Positions 11,959 to 23,140 are shown, counted from the first letter of the stretch. The stretch is DNA of 64,000 nt from Rhizobium sp. Q54 (GCA_943368735.1 CALRLQ020000012.1:22440-86439); one strand, 5' to 3'. Made by a program: numbers and translations. The notes: generated from the sequence alone by a model not told the origin.

Positions 11959-12813
11959 TTATTTTTTCTGATAAATTCTTACATAATCTATCAAGTATTT
12001 TGAAGGTAAAACAGTATTGGCTAAACTCCCCCCATTATTACCACCCATTGCAAGATTTAATAGTAAATAATGTGGTTGACGAAATGGATTTACGCCATCA
12101 CTTTTATTTACTGTTTGGCTTAAATCGGCTGTATTAATAACTACATCATCAATAGATATTTTCATCATTGAAGCATCCCATTCTAACGTCCATACATGAA
12201 ATTGATTAGCCCAAGCAGCACCACCAAGCGATTCAATAGATTTTGTTTTAGAATTCCAAATGGCTTGCCATCTTGTAGCACTTGCCCATGCAAAATTGGC
12301 CAGTATTTTATTGTTGTAATATTCCATTATATCTACTTCTCCATTCGATGGCCATTCGCCCGAAACTCCTAATGTCCAAATTGCAGGCCATAAGCCTGTT
12401 TGTGCATCAATTTTTGCTCTCACTTCTATTTTGCCATACTTAATAGCATGTTCTCTTTTCATGGTTACACTAGCAGAAGTGAATTCTATAAATTGACGTC
12501 TTGTTCTCCAATCAGTACTGCCAGCAATGTAAGTAGGATTAGGTTTATTTTCTCTTTTGCCGGTAATGACTAAATTGCCATTTTCACAAATTGCATTTTC
12601 TTTTTGGTACCATTGAGCTTCTTCATTGCGTTTAAATCCATTTTCAAATTCCCACTTGGTAGAATCTAGGTTTCCTGAATTATTAAATTCATCGGACCAA
12701 ACCAATTTATAACTTAATGTATTTTCAGTTGGATTGTATTGAGCTGGAGTGGTGTTGTTTTTTGCACATGATAATAAGGTGAAAAACAAGATGGGTAAAA
12801 GCATTTTTTTCAT
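11959..12813 (-). CDS. Glycoside hydrolase family 16 (laminarinase/beta-glucanase type) lipoprotein
   Basis: WPAIWTLG...WPSNGEVDIMEY is the GH16 E-x-D-x-x-E catalytic strand. I set the start at MKKMLLPILFFTLLSC (a lipobox-like signal). The track ORF extends 9 codons further, to 12840. Confidence 0.85.
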   Translation of the reverse strand: MKKMLLPILFFTLLSCAKNNTTPAQYNPTENTLSYKLVWSDEFNNSGNLDSTKWEFENGFKRNEEAQWYQKENAICENGNLVITGKRENKPNPTYIAGSTDWRTRRQFIEFTSASVTMKREHAIKYGKIEVRAKIDAQTGLWPAIWTLGVSGEWPSNGEVDIMEYYNNKILANFAWASATRWQAIWNSKTKSIESLGGAAWANQFHVWTLEWDASMMKISIDDVVINTADLSQTVNKSDGVNPFRQPHYLLLNLAMGGNNGGSLANTVLPSKYLIDYVRIYQKK

Positions 12814-13006
12814 TGACATTTCGTTCAAGTAAATATACATTTTGACTATACATTATTAAAAACTGGAGTGTTCATTTAATAGGTGTAAATCATTCAATAT
12901 TTTTACTTATTGAATATTAGAGAATGTGTGCATGATTCATAGTGCAAATTCAATTGTAAATTCATTTTCTTGACTGCAAAGTATAACAAGAATCTTTATT
13001 TACAAC

Positions 13007-13037
13007 AAAGCCTAAACTAAGGATTAGTTTAGGCTTT
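13007..13037 (-). terminator. Stem-loop downstream of the 13062-15074 gene
   Basis: Perfect 13-bp stem aaagcctaaacta / tagtttaggcttt with a 5-nt loop. Confidence 0.6.
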
Positions 13038-13061
13038 GTTTGTTAGAATGTATAAAACAAT

Positions 13062-15074
13062 TTATTTCATTACTTTAATAGTACTCACACCTTTGCTAGT
13101 GGTTAAAGCAATGATAGCAATATTTCCTTTTACCATACTTGCAGGAATATCAATAAAGTTTGTACCATTGTTTAATAATACATTTTGTTTATACAAAGTT
13201 TTTCCATCCATACCCAGTAACATAATGGTTGCTTTTTCATTAGTACTACTAGTAGCTGAAACTTTAATACTATTGTTTGTTTGTGCAACCAATGTTAACT
13301 GATTGGCTTTTTCTTCATTTTTTATTAGTACCACTTTTGAATACGTATAACTACCATCGGCATCTACCAATTTAAGTTTGTAGTAATTAAATCCTTTTGC
13401 TGGTTGATGATCTGTATGAAAATAATTTTTTTGTTCTGTACTATTGCCTGCTGCATTTACTGTACCAATAGAATAAAAGTTTTCTCCATTGGTAGATTTT
13501 AGTACATCAAAATATTTGCTGTTTTGTTCTGTTGCTGTACTCCAATTTAGTTGAATAGTTGATTGACGTAAACCTCCTGTAAAGTTGAGTAATGATACTG
13601 GTAACGTGCCTGTAGTTCTAACATTGATGAAATCTAAAATGGGTGCATCAGAAAGTTCAATACTATTAGCACCTGCTAATAAGTTAATGGGTATTACACG
13701 TGTTGCTCTTGCACCACCTTGTGCACAAGTAGAACTGCCACTTGCTGTTATTGAAACGGTTTGTGTGGTACCATAGTTTACCCTTACAGTAATGTTTCTA
13801 TTGGTAGTAGAAAAATAGTTCACTTCTAAATTATATGAACCTGTTGTTGGAGCAACAATGTTGTGAAATGTAATAATATTTCCTCCACTTACCGCATTGG
13901 TAATTCTTCCTCCAGAGGCATTGGTACAATTTGCAATGGTTCCACCATAAATAGTTGCATTTTCTGTTTGTAAGTTTGTGTTTACAGAGTCTGTTAATAA
14001 TTCTGTATTATCATGATTTTCTTTAATTGCAAGTGTAGAAGCTGCAAAGTTTTTATATGCAGTACCAATGGGTGTAATATTTCCATTAGCATCTACAGGT
14101 GGTAATGCTGGAGGAAAAAAATAGGCATAACGCTCTACAAAAGGTTGTGCTTCTAACCAAGGTAATGCTAAAGCAATAAATGCTTGATGTGTTGCTGAAG
14201 TTGTATTTCTATTGGCATTGAATTCTGTAATCCAAATAGGTTTGCCATAAATAGTATATATATTATTTACATAACTTTTAAATCTATTGAATACATCATT
14301 TGCATTGGGCGATGTATTAAGCGTATTCAAATAACTTCCCCAATCGTACCAATGAATGGCAACATAATCTACTTTTACATTTTGGTCTTTTGCACCAGCC
14401 ATAAAACTTTTTAACCAAACAAAAGCTTGACTTTCTGTTGGTGCAGGAGAACCTAGTCGTAAGCCAGTTTGAGCTAAATTTTCATGTAAGGTTACCGCTT
14501 CTGCAAAAGGAATATTGGATTGGTCGGTATTATCGGGTTCGTTAAAAGATAATAAATGAGTAACGTCGGGTTTATTGATATAGTTGGTAATATTGGTGGA
14601 ACTGTTAGCACCTGTTCGTCCCCAAGACATTAAAGCATATTCTCTACTTGAAAGACTTACATCGTTTGGTCCCCAATCGTAAAACCAAGAAACATCTAAT
14701 TGATCAATATGTGCATTGTTTTGTAAACCTGCCCCTTTTTTTAAAGTATTTCTAAATGGAAGAACCCTAATAAATGAAACTTTATCGTTCAGGAATTTAT
14801 TTAGGTTTACTGTAATGTTACTGATGGCTGCTATGAATGTATAAGCTTCGCCAGTGCCATCTTCATTTTCTGCAAGTGTTGCCATAAAACCTTGTTGCAA
14901 CACAATTGAAGATACTTGATTATTTAAGCTAGCAGGAATAGTAGTGCCTTTGTAAATAGTAGATACAACGCAAGTAGCAGATGTACCCGTTTGATTGGTT
15001 CCATTATAAATAACCAATTGAGCAAAAGACGAATAGCAACCACTTAAAAAGAAGAAAAGTAATAATTTTTTCAT
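13062..15074 (-). CDS. Multidomain secreted glycoside hydrolase: crystallin-like N-domain, PF11790 (glycosyl hydrolase catalytic core, GH128-like), CBM6/35-like module, Fn3-like domain, T9SS C-terminal sorting domain
   Basis: Clan GH-A-type motifs are WFYDWG, LLSFNEPDN, IHWYDWG and IWITEFNA. The C-terminal ~80 aa resemble a Por/T9SS CTD. Start set at MKKLLLFFFLSG (ATG 15074); the track ORF begins 16 codons upstream. Confidence 0.8.
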   Translation of the reverse strand: MKKLLLFFFLSGCYSSFAQLVIYNGTNQTGTSATCVVSTIYKGTTIPASLNNQVSSIVLQQGFMATLAENEDGTGEAYTFIAAISNITVNLNKFLNDKVSFIRVLPFRNTLKKGAGLQNNAHIDQLDVSWFYDWGPNDVSLSSREYALMSWGRTGANSSTNITNYINKPDVTHLLSFNEPDNTDQSNIPFAEAVTLHENLAQTGLRLGSPAPTESQAFVWLKSFMAGAKDQNVKVDYVAIHWYDWGSYLNTLNTSPNANDVFNRFKSYVNNIYTIYGKPIWITEFNANRNTTSATHQAFIALALPWLEAQPFVERYAYFFPPALPPVDANGNITPIGTAYKNFAASTLAIKENHDNTELLTDSVNTNLQTENATIYGGTIANCTNASGGRITNAVSGGNIITFHNIVAPTTGSYNLEVNYFSTTNRNITVRVNYGTTQTVSITASGSSTCAQGGARATRVIPINLLAGANSIELSDAPILDFINVRTTGTLPVSLLNFTGGLRQSTIQLNWSTATEQNSKYFDVLKSTNGENFYSIGTVNAAGNSTEQKNYFHTDHQPAKGFNYYKLKLVDADGSYTYSKVVLIKNEEKANQLTLVAQTNNSIKVSATSSTNEKATIMLLGMDGKTLYKQNVLLNNGTNFIDIPASMVKGNIAIIALTTSKGVSTIKVMK

Positions 15075-15383
15075 ATCAACAATTTTAGTATTCTCAAGCA
15101 GGTAATAAAAATTTAACATCAATCAATAGCTGTATACAGCAATTTTTTTGAATTGTTTTATTTCCAATAATAATTTTATATCAGTTGAAACATTAGAATC
15201 TTTCGTTTCAAATTAAAAGTAATCAACAAATTTTACATTTAAAATAGCCTCTTCAAGTTTGAGAGAATTATACCTCAACATTGAAATTTTAATATTTATT
15301 GTTGAATAGTGCTATTGTTTTTTACTAGAATTATTCAATTGTAAATCTTAATTGAATTGAACGATTGTAAGAATTCAGTCATA

Positions 15384-15423
15384 AAAAATGGATAGTAAAT
15401 TACTCAATTACTATCCATTTTTT
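15384..15423 (-). terminator. Rho-independent-type terminator downstream of the 15447-16658 gene
   Basis: atggatagtaa / ttactatccat 11-bp stem flanked by A-run and T-run, so usable in both directions. Confidence 0.75.
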
Positions 15424-15446
15424 AAATATTAAAAAAACATATTTAA

Positions 15447-16658
15447 TTACGGTATTAATGCTGCGTCTCCAGAAAAATTATTGGTTAATGATTTTGCACT
15501 TGGCAAACTTTTCCAATAAACCGCTGCTGGCGAAAGTGTATTATCTGTATTTAATGCAAGCATAGCAGGAGGGAAGAAATAAGAATACCTTTCTACATAA
15601 GGCAGAGTGTTCATCCATTCGGTTGATAACTTCATGAAACGCATGTGTAAATTAACAGATAAACGGTTTCTATTGGCATTATATTCGGTTACCCAAATTG
15701 GTAAACTTGGATAGTTGGTTCTTATAGCTTGAATATAATTTTGAAAACGTGAAAATACTCTTTCGGCTGTAATAGAATCGTTGGCTTGATTGTTATTTTC
15801 ATTGCCCCAATCGTACCAATGAACAGCTATACAATCAATTCTCAATTTCTGAGTTTGTGCTTGTGCCATAAAGTTTGTTAACCATTTGCCAGATCCATAA
15901 GCTTCGCCTTGTGTAGTTACAGGACTAACTAAACGTAAGCCAGATTTCATCATAACTCTATAACGTACAACAGCAGTATCTACAGGAACATTTGACTGAT
16001 CTACACCATCGGGTTCATTAAAAGATAGTAAATGATCTACATCATTACGTTCAACTAAATATTTCACATTGGCATCTGTAGCAGATCCTTTTCCCCATGT
16101 CATTGGCACAAATTGTTGAGTAGTGAACGAAGGTTTATTAATACTCCATCCATAATACCAACTAGCATCTAAAGCTTGAACAGCAATATCGCTAACTTGT
16201 GCTGACCCTTTTTTATCGGGGTTATTAATTTTGATGTAACGTATATAAGAAATATTGTTACGCATTCTGGTAGGTAAATTGGCTTTTATAGGATTATTCA
16301 ATGCAACAAAAGTGGATGATTCTCCAGTGCCATCTTCATTTGCAGAAAATACCAACATATAGCCTTTAGGTAAATAAAACGAAATAATTTTATTTTCAAA
16401 ACCCGTAGGTATTGGTTTTACAAAGGTTGATCCTAAATTGTAACTTGCAAATATGGTATCGGCACCAAGTTCTATCAGTGGTGTAACCAAATTGAGTCCT
16501 GTAGATATAGCTAATTTGCTTCCAGAATATACACCTGGTTGCCCAGTAGGTGGGTTGGTATTTGAGTTTCCTCCACCAGCACTATCTGTAGATTTTTTAC
16601 AAGATATTGCTGTAATACACAATAGCAAAACTAAAGATTGTAAATAACGCATTTTCAT
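15447..16658 (-). CDS. PF11790/GH128-like glycoside hydrolase lipoprotein with crystallin-like N-domain
   Basis: Motifs WYYGWS, LLSFNEPDG, VHWYDWG and IWVTEYNA, with signal LLLCITAISC. Start is ambiguous between M14 (used here) and M16 of the track ORF. Confidence 0.75.
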   Translation of the reverse strand: MKMRYLQSLVLLLCITAISCKKSTDSAGGGNSNTNPPTGQPGVYSGSKLAISTGLNLVTPLIELGADTIFASYNLGSTFVKPIPTGFENKIISFYLPKGYMLVFSANEDGTGESSTFVALNNPIKANLPTRMRNNISYIRYIKINNPDKKGSAQVSDIAVQALDASWYYGWSINKPSFTTQQFVPMTWGKGSATDANVKYLVERNDVDHLLSFNEPDGVDQSNVPVDTAVVRYRVMMKSGLRLVSPVTTQGEAYGSGKWLTNFMAQAQTQKLRIDCIAVHWYDWGNENNNQANDSITAERVFSRFQNYIQAIRTNYPSLPIWVTEYNANRNRLSVNLHMRFMKLSTEWMNTLPYVERYSYFFPPAMLALNTDNTLSPAAVYWKSLPSAKSLTNNFSGDAALIP

Positions 16659-17006
16659 TTTCGGCATTTTACATTTTAAATTAATAATGCATTTCACTAT
16701 TTAATGTATTAATCTATGTTTACAAAGATTTAGACATTTAATAGTTACCATGCAATCGTAGATTTTAAAAATAGTGTATTTAGAAAATGAAATAATCCTT
16801 TGATTGGAGTATGAATAAATAAGCCCTCTATTTTGACAACATAATTCTTTTAGAAGGGTATAATAATAGCTAAAAGTTGTTAAGTAGGTCAAATTAATAA
16901 AATATGATAGAAAATTTTAGATGCCTTTTTTTATAACAATTGAGGTTTAATTTATTTGGTATTTAGATGAATATTTGGTTTTGTTGTTTTAATAAAAGTA
17001 AACAAT

Positions 17007-19502
17007 TTAAAACTCTTTTTCAGTTAATTCACTAGTTGGTGCTTTGGCTTTACTAGTAAATTTATTGAGGTTAATACTGAAGTTCAGCAACAAGACATCG
17101 GTTTCATAAATGTAATTGGTGGTGGTATAAAAGTTGTAACCCCAAGTTGTAATTCTTTGTTGGTTAGCATTCATGAATCCAAGGTTCATATTTTGCCATT
17201 GTAAACCCAAAGTAAATTTTCCATTCATAAAAGTTTTTTTAATGGAAGTATTGGGCGAAAAAAATCTTGAATCTTCACCTTGTGCTGTTGGCCTTGCTGA
17301 TAGGTAGTTTAAGTTGGTTTGTAAATTCCATTGTTTGCCTAAATCAAATGAAGAATTCATATTGATTGAATATACCCAATTAGAATTATTTACTACAGAT
17401 GTGTTTCCTAATACGTTTAGATTGCCACTGATTTTATAATTGTAAATATTGGTACCAATAAAAGCAGTTAACCAACTTACTGGTTTAAAGTTTGTACCCA
17501 TTTCAATACCAAATAATCTTGCACTTCCTGCATTGGTAAATAATCTATTTAAAATAGTATCGGCATAAACACTATTTACTCTTTGAATAGGGTTTTTGAT
17601 ATTTTGAAAATACAATGTAGAAAAAAAAGTACCTTTTTTGAAAGTATGGTTAACGCCTAATTCTACTAAATCTATAAACTGTGGAAGTAAATCTGGATCG
17701 CCTTGTTCCAATGTTTCAGAGTGTTCTCTTTCTGGTATTGGATTCAATTCAAAATTATTATTTCGTTGCACTCTTTTACTGTAACCACTTTTTATATTCC
17801 ATGAATTATTCAACGTGTATAATAAGTTTACCGAAGGAAATACATTACTTAAGTTTAGTTTGCTAGGAGTTGAATTAGCCGATAATATGACTGCTCTTGT
17901 TGCATACTCATATCGCAAACCTGCAGTATATTGTAGTTTTGTAGTTTTACCAGCATATTGTGCATACACAGCATTAATTTGATTGGTTGATTTTGCAGTA
18001 CCTCTAAATTTTGCAATATCTGGTTGGTTGCTAGCTGGGGTTACTGTATAATCAAATGTGCCATCTTGTTCATCATTTCTAAATTGATAGCCTGTTTCTA
18101 ATTTGCCTTTTCCAATATTGGCGGCATAATCTAATTTTAATCTGTAACCATTAATTGGATTTGTATATGGATTAGTTACCAATTGAAATACAGTAGTTTT
18201 TGATGGAAAATCTAGATTGTTGTTAATGGTATTTCCATATAAATTGGCATTTTCGTAAATAGCCGATGTGGTTAGTGTTGAATTATTTTTAAACGTATGA
18301 GTATAATCTAAACTACCAACAGTAAATTTACCTTCTTTGTTTTGTAGGTTAGAGTTAAAGTATACAAATTGTCTTAGTACAGCACCTGTAGTTAAATTGG
18401 CAGTAGAGTTGTTGTAAACAATATCGGCTCTTCTTTGCTGATATTTTTTACTAGCAAAAAAACCTACATTAAATACATTATTTTTATTGGCAGTATAAGT
18501 AATAGCTGTTCTTACACCATAGTTATATCTGTCAAAACTTCTTTCTCCTAAAGATGGAAATTGAGTAATGGTATTATTGGTAAAGTTTTTTGTAAACACA
18601 TTGCCTTCACGTTTGCCATTGGCATCATTTCTTGTATAGTTGGCACTAACTGAAATATCCCATTTATTTTTTCTGTAGTTGATAGTAAAATCTCCACCAA
18701 AACGTAATGGATTTTCTAAATTATCATAATTGGTGGTACTTGGCAATCCTGCTAAAATATTGGCTTGAATGCCCATACCATCGGTACTTCCTTTTTTAGT
18801 TACAATATTGATAATACCACTTTTCCCATCTGCATCATATTTTGCTGATGGTGCAGTAATAATTTCAATGTTTTCAATTGAATTGGCTGGTAATTGACTC
18901 AGTATTGTTTGTGCATCTGTTAGTACAGGTTTGCCATTAATTAATACTAAAAATCCGGTAGAGCCTCTTACACTTATTTCGCCACTACTATTAACCGAAA
19001 CAGAAGGTAAATTTTTTAATACATCAACAGCACTACCACCTTTTGCCACTTCAAACTGATTGGCTTTATAGGTTTGTTTATCTAATTTGTTTGCAATGGT
19101 ATATTTTTTGCCTGTAACTACCACTTCGCCCAATAATTTACTAGAAAGCTTTATGATTATTGTATCTAAATTTAAAGTTGAATTGTACTTAGCTAAAGTA
19201 AAATCTACAAATTTTGTTTCGTATCCAATAGAAAATATTTTCAATAAATATTTTCCTGCACTTTTAACTGGAATAATATATTCACCATTGGCTTGCGTTA
19301 AAATTCCACCTACAAAACTTGAATCAGTTTTTAAAATCGAAACACTTGCAAACTCTACTGGTTGCTTATTCTCAAATTCAACAATTACGCCTTTAATAAT
19401 TGCGTTTTGGGCAATGGATGAATTGATTGTGAGAAGAATAGTACAGATTGAAAAAAATAAATGCAATTTTATTTTGGTGAAAGTGTTTATAATTGGCTTC
19501 AT
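17007..19502 (-). CDS. TonB-dependent outer-membrane beta-barrel receptor with carboxypeptidase-regulatory-like N-domain
   Basis: About 830 aa. It has an IKGVIVEF...GYETKFVDF CarbopepD_reg-like domain, a plug (GGSAVDVLKNLPSVSV...ISVRGS), a long beta-barrel and a C-terminal aromatic residue (..EKEF). It is shorter than SusC-type receptors and no SusD gene is adjacent. An alternative ATG lies at 19529. Confidence 0.85.
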   Translation of the reverse strand: MKPIINTFTKIKLHLFFSICTILLTINSSIAQNAIIKGVIVEFENKQPVEFASVSILKTDSSFVGGILTQANGEYIIPVKSAGKYLLKIFSIGYETKFVDFTLAKYNSTLNLDTIIIKLSSKLLGEVVVTGKKYTIANKLDKQTYKANQFEVAKGGSAVDVLKNLPSVSVNSSGEISVRGSTGFLVLINGKPVLTDAQTILSQLPANSIENIEIITAPSAKYDADGKSGIINIVTKKGSTDGMGIQANILAGLPSTTNYDNLENPLRFGGDFTINYRKNKWDISVSANYTRNDANGKREGNVFTKNFTNNTITQFPSLGERSFDRYNYGVRTAITYTANKNNVFNVGFFASKKYQQRRADIVYNNSTANLTTGAVLRQFVYFNSNLQNKEGKFTVGSLDYTHTFKNNSTLTTSAIYENANLYGNTINNNLDFPSKTTVFQLVTNPYTNPINGYRLKLDYAANIGKGKLETGYQFRNDEQDGTFDYTVTPASNQPDIAKFRGTAKSTNQINAVYAQYAGKTTKLQYTAGLRYEYATRAVILSANSTPSKLNLSNVFPSVNLLYTLNNSWNIKSGYSKRVQRNNNFELNPIPEREHSETLEQGDPDLLPQFIDLVELGVNHTFKKGTFFSTLYFQNIKNPIQRVNSVYADTILNRLFTNAGSARLFGIEMGTNFKPVSWLTAFIGTNIYNYKISGNLNVLGNTSVVNNSNWVYSINMNSSFDLGKQWNLQTNLNYLSARPTAQGEDSRFFSPNTSIKKTFMNGKFTLGLQWQNMNLGFMNANQQRITTWGYNFYTTTNYIYETDVLLLNFSINLNKFTSKAKAPTSELTEKEF

Positions 19503-19804
19503 AAAATAGTTCAATTCTGCGTCAAACATAATTAATTAGTGTTAAGCAATTTTTTTTAAGGAACGGTTGAAGAAAACGAATAGTTCTAATCTAGAAAATT
19601 AATTCATTCAAATATTGTATCTATTTTTACTAAATAGCAGTTCCTTAATTAGTTGGTATCAATAAATGTTTATTCGATGTAGAATTTGAGGTTTAACTAA
19701 TTTAAATTTTCAATGATAAACTCTTTATGCAATCGTTTTCATAAGTTTTGGCTGTATTATTCGATTAGGCTTTAGATACACTCTAATCGAAATCTTTTAA
19801 ACAT

Positions 19805-19812
19805 TACATTTG
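19805..19812 (+). promoter_or_regulatory. Bacteroidota-type -7 box candidate (TAnnTTTG) for icd
   Basis: TACATTTG, 34 nt upstream of the ATG at 19846. I found no convincing -33 TTTG. Confidence 0.35.
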
Positions 19813-19845
19813 CACAAGTTCAAAAATCTTCTAAAAATAAACGAA

Positions 19846-21072
19846 ATGGCAAAAATTAAAGTAGCCAATCCAGTGGTTGAATTGGATGGCGATGAAATGA
19901 CCAGAATTATTTGGAAATTTATTAAAGACAAATTAATTCTTCCGTATTTAGAATTAGATATTAAGTACTACGATTTAGGCATGGAGTACAGAGATGAAAC
20001 CAACGACCAAGTAACTATTGATGCTGCCAATGCAATTAAACAATATGGAGTTGGTATTAAATGTGCAACTATTACACCAGATGAGCAACGTGTGCAAGAG
20101 TTTAAGTTAAAACAAATGTGGAAATCGCCGAATGGTACTATTAGAAATATTTTAGATGGCACTGTTTTTCGTGAACCCATTGTTTGTAAAAATGTACCTC
20201 GTTTAGTACCCAATTGGACTGCACCAATTTGTATTGGTCGTCATGCATTTGGTGATCAATATAGAGCAACCGATTTTGTAACAAAAGGGAAAGGAAAGTT
20301 AACTGTGAAGTTTGAAGGTGAAGATGGTACAACACAAGAATTTGAAGTATTTAACTTTAAAGGCGATGGTGTTGCTTTAGCAATGTACAATACCGATGAA
20401 AGTATTTATGGTTTTGCAAGAAGCTGTTTTAATACTGCATTGCAAAAGAAATGGCCATTGTATTTATCTACCAAAAACACCATCTTGAAAAAATACGATG
20501 GTCGTTTTAAAGACATTTTTGAAGATGTGTATCAAACCGAATTTAAAGCATTGTATGAAGCGGCTGGCATTACTTATGAACATCGTTTAATTGATGATAT
20601 GGTTGCTAGTGCTTTAAAATGGAATGGTAATTTTGTTTGGGCTTGTAAAAATTATGATGGAGATGTGCAGAGCGATACAGTAGCACAAGGTTTTGGTTCA
20701 TTAGGTTTAATGACCAGTACTTTGGTTACACCAGATGGTAAAGTAATGGAAGCAGAAGCTGCACATGGCACTGTAACTCGTCATTATCGTGAACATCAAA
20801 AAGGCAAACCAACATCTACCAATCCAATTGCATCAATTTTTGCATGGACAAGAGGTTTAGAGTTTAGAGGTAAATTAGATAACAATCAAGAACTCATTAA
20901 CTTTTGTAATGCTCTTGAACAAGTTTGTATTGAAGTAGTAGAAAGCGGTAAAATGACCAAAGATTTAGCAGTATGTATTCATGGAAATAAAGTAAATCAT
21001 GGAGAACATTATTTATATACTGAAGAGTTTTTAGATGAGTTAGATAAAGCTTTACAAGCTAAATTGGCTTAA
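19846..21072 (+). CDS. icd: NADP-dependent isocitrate dehydrogenase (eukaryote-like homodimeric type)
   Basis: [23 protein letters not shown]..., GTVFREPI and HGTVTRHYR are near-invariant IDH1-type blocks. The track start is a TTG 12 codons upstream. Confidence 0.93.
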   Translation: MAKIKVANPVVELDGDEMTRIIWKFIKDKLILPYLELDIKYYDLGMEYRDETNDQVTIDAANAIKQYGVGIKCATITPDEQRVQEFKLKQMWKSPNGTIRNILDGTVFREPIVCKNVPRLVPNWTAPICIGRHAFGDQYRATDFVTKGKGKLTVKFEGEDGTTQEFEVFNFKGDGVALAMYNTDESIYGFARSCFNTALQKKWPLYLSTKNTILKKYDGRFKDIFEDVYQTEFKALYEAAGITYEHRLIDDMVASALKWNGNFVWACKNYDGDVQSDTVAQGFGSLGLMTSTLVTPDGKVMEAEAAHGTVTRHYREHQKGKPTSTNPIASIFAWTRGLEFRGKLDNNQELINFCNALEQVCIEVVESGKMTKDLAVCIHGNKVNHGEHYLYTEEFLDELDKALQAKLA

Positions 21073-21100
21073 AATTAGTTTACTCAACATAGATACTTTT

Positions 21101-21141
21101 GTAAAGTCTTTCTTGTAATAAAGAAAGACTTTACTTTTTTT
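21101..21141 (+). terminator. icd terminator
   Basis: Perfect 14-bp stem gtaaagtctttctt / aagaaagactttac followed by a 7-T run. Confidence 0.85.
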
Positions 21142-21215
21142 ATTACAACTGATTTGTATCATCATTAGTTGAATAGCAACCTTATAACTTTACAGATAAT
21201 TAATTAATCAACAGA

Positions 21216-22982
21216 ATGAGCAAGTGGAATAATTTTTTTCAGTTAGATGATGTGAATATATTATTGGAGAAAAAAATATTTCAAGTTACCACATTCATCT
21301 CAGGTATTATGGGAATGTTGTTAGCTATTTTTAATTCCTCACAAGATTTCCCAATTGTATTAAATATTGTTACTGTTACATTTAGTGTATTTTCATTTAT
21401 CTTTTATTTGGTAACTCGGTATTATAAATACACTCTATTACTTACTTATCTCTTTTTGTTTTCAGTAGTTTTTTTATTATCCTTTGCTTGGTTTAACAAT
21501 TCAGGAATTGAAGGACCATTAATTACTTATTATTTGTTTGTAATTATTTTGGGTATTTTTCTTTCTCCCAAAAAACATCGATTGATATTCGCTTCAATTG
21601 TTTGCAGTAACATTATTATTCTTGCATTTATTGAATATACTCATCCAGAACTTATAGTAAAATATGTAAGTAGAGAAGCACAATTTTTAGATGTAATGTT
21701 TTCTTCTATTGTGGCCATATTTGTATTAGGCTCATTGGTTGTATTTATCAAAAACTCTTACGATGATGAGCATGTATTATTATTAAAAGCTAATAAATCT
21801 TTAGAAGATTCTAATAAAAAGTTGGCAATGGCAAAAGATGTGGCCGAAAAAGCTACCTTCTCGAAGTCGTATTTTCTAGCTAACATGAGTCATGAAATAC
21901 GTACGCCTTTAAATGGAATTATTGGAACAAGTGAATTATTAAAACAACAAGTTTCTGCAGAAGAAAATAAAGAATTGGTGGCTACTTTACAATCTTGTAG
22001 TTTATTGTTGTTGAATATTATTAATGATATTTTAGATGTTTCAAAAATAGAAGCAGGACAATTAACCTTGCATGATGCACCTTTTCAAGTAAAACATTGT
22101 GTACATTCTGTTGTACAAATTAATGAAGCTCAAATGAAGAGTTTGGGTAAAAATTTAGATTTAACTTACCAAATTGCCGATGATGTTGTGAATGATGTGG
22201 TGGGCGATAAAAATAGAATTAAGCAGATACTATTAAACCTTATTAGCAATGCAATCAAATTTACTGATAAAGGTTCGGTACATATTGCAGTTACAAAAGA
22301 TAGCGATGTAGAAAATAAACAAATTCTTACTTTCAAAGTATCTGATACAGGAATTGGCATTGCAGAACAACATATTGGTTTACTGTTTCAACCTTTTACT
22401 CAAGTAGATGAAGGACATACAAGACCATTTAGTGGTACAGGTTTAGGATTATCTATTTGTAAGAAATTAGTAGAGCTAATGGGTGGAACTATTGGTGTAC
22501 ATAGTATTGAAGGCAAGGGTTCTACATTCAGCTTTCAAATTCCATTAATAAAAAGTGATGAAGAACTTATATTAGAGGATGAATTTGCAAGTGTTGCAAA
22601 CCCTTCTAAAGCACCCATAAAAAAACTCAATATATTATTGGCAGAAGATAATTTGATGAATCAATTCATAGCAAAAAAAATATTTAGTTCGCTAGGTTAT
22701 ACAATTGATGTTGCTCAAAATGGATTAGAGGCCGTTAATAAAACAAAAGTTCAACTATATGACATCATTTTTATGGATATTCAAATGCCTGAAATGGATG
22801 GATTAGCTGCAACTAAAGCAATTTTACAACTACAACTAAAAGAACCTCCTGTAATAATTGCCATGACGGCCAATGCCTTAAAAGAAGATGAAGAAATGTG
22901 TTTAACTGCCGGCATGAACGATTTTATAGCCAAGCCATTTACCATAGAGCAGTTGAAACAAACTTTACAAAGATGGGTTTAA
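21216..22982 (+). CDS. Hybrid sensor histidine kinase/response regulator with multi-TM N-terminal sensor
   Basis: About 6 hydrophobic helices, then FLANMSHEIRTPLNGI, GTGLGLSICKKLVELMGG and a receiver (ILLAEDN...MDIQMPEMDG...AMTANA). Confidence 0.88.
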   Translation: MSKWNNFFQLDDVNILLEKKIFQVTTFISGIMGMLLAIFNSSQDFPIVLNIVTVTFSVFSFIFYLVTRYYKYTLLLTYLFLFSVVFLLSFAWFNNSGIEGPLITYYLFVIILGIFLSPKKHRLIFASIVCSNIIILAFIEYTHPELIVKYVSREAQFLDVMFSSIVAIFVLGSLVVFIKNSYDDEHVLLLKANKSLEDSNKKLAMAKDVAEKATFSKSYFLANMSHEIRTPLNGIIGTSELLKQQVSAEENKELVATLQSCSLLLLNIINDILDVSKIEAGQLTLHDAPFQVKHCVHSVVQINEAQMKSLGKNLDLTYQIADDVVNDVVGDKNRIKQILLNLISNAIKFTDKGSVHIAVTKDSDVENKQILTFKVSDTGIGIAEQHIGLLFQPFTQVDEGHTRPFSGTGLGLSICKKLVELMGGTIGVHSIEGKGSTFSFQIPLIKSDEELILEDEFASVANPSKAPIKKLNILLAEDNLMNQFIAKKIFSSLGYTIDVAQNGLEAVNKTKVQLYDIIFMDIQMPEMDGLAATKAILQLQLKEPPVIIAMTANALKEDEEMCLTAGMNDFIAKPFTIEQLKQTLQRWV

Positions 22983-22986
22983 GGAA

Positions 22987-23140
22987 TTATGAGTTATGAT
23001 TTATAAGTTATGAGTTGTAAGTAGTGAGAAGTACTTTAAAAGTTTTTAGTTTCTGGTTACTGGTGGTTCGTAGCTTAAATTGCTATTTATAGTTTTTAGT
23101 TTTTTTCAATTTAGTTTTTCTCAATTCACCAATCCAACAA
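22987..23140. repeat. Degenerate period-7 word tract
   Basis: ttatgag ttatgat ttataag ttatgag ttgtaag tagtgag aagtact ttaaaag tttttag tttctgg ttactgg ... The left part is C-poor and the words become C-containing toward 23140. It lies between the convergent stops of the kinase gene and dcd. Confidence 0.6.

Noticed and set aside
19087-19509. 140-aa plus-strand ORF inside the TonB-dependent receptor gene.
   Set aside because: It lies entirely within a well-supported minus-strand CDS, shows no recognisable motifs, and reflects AT-rich codon composition.
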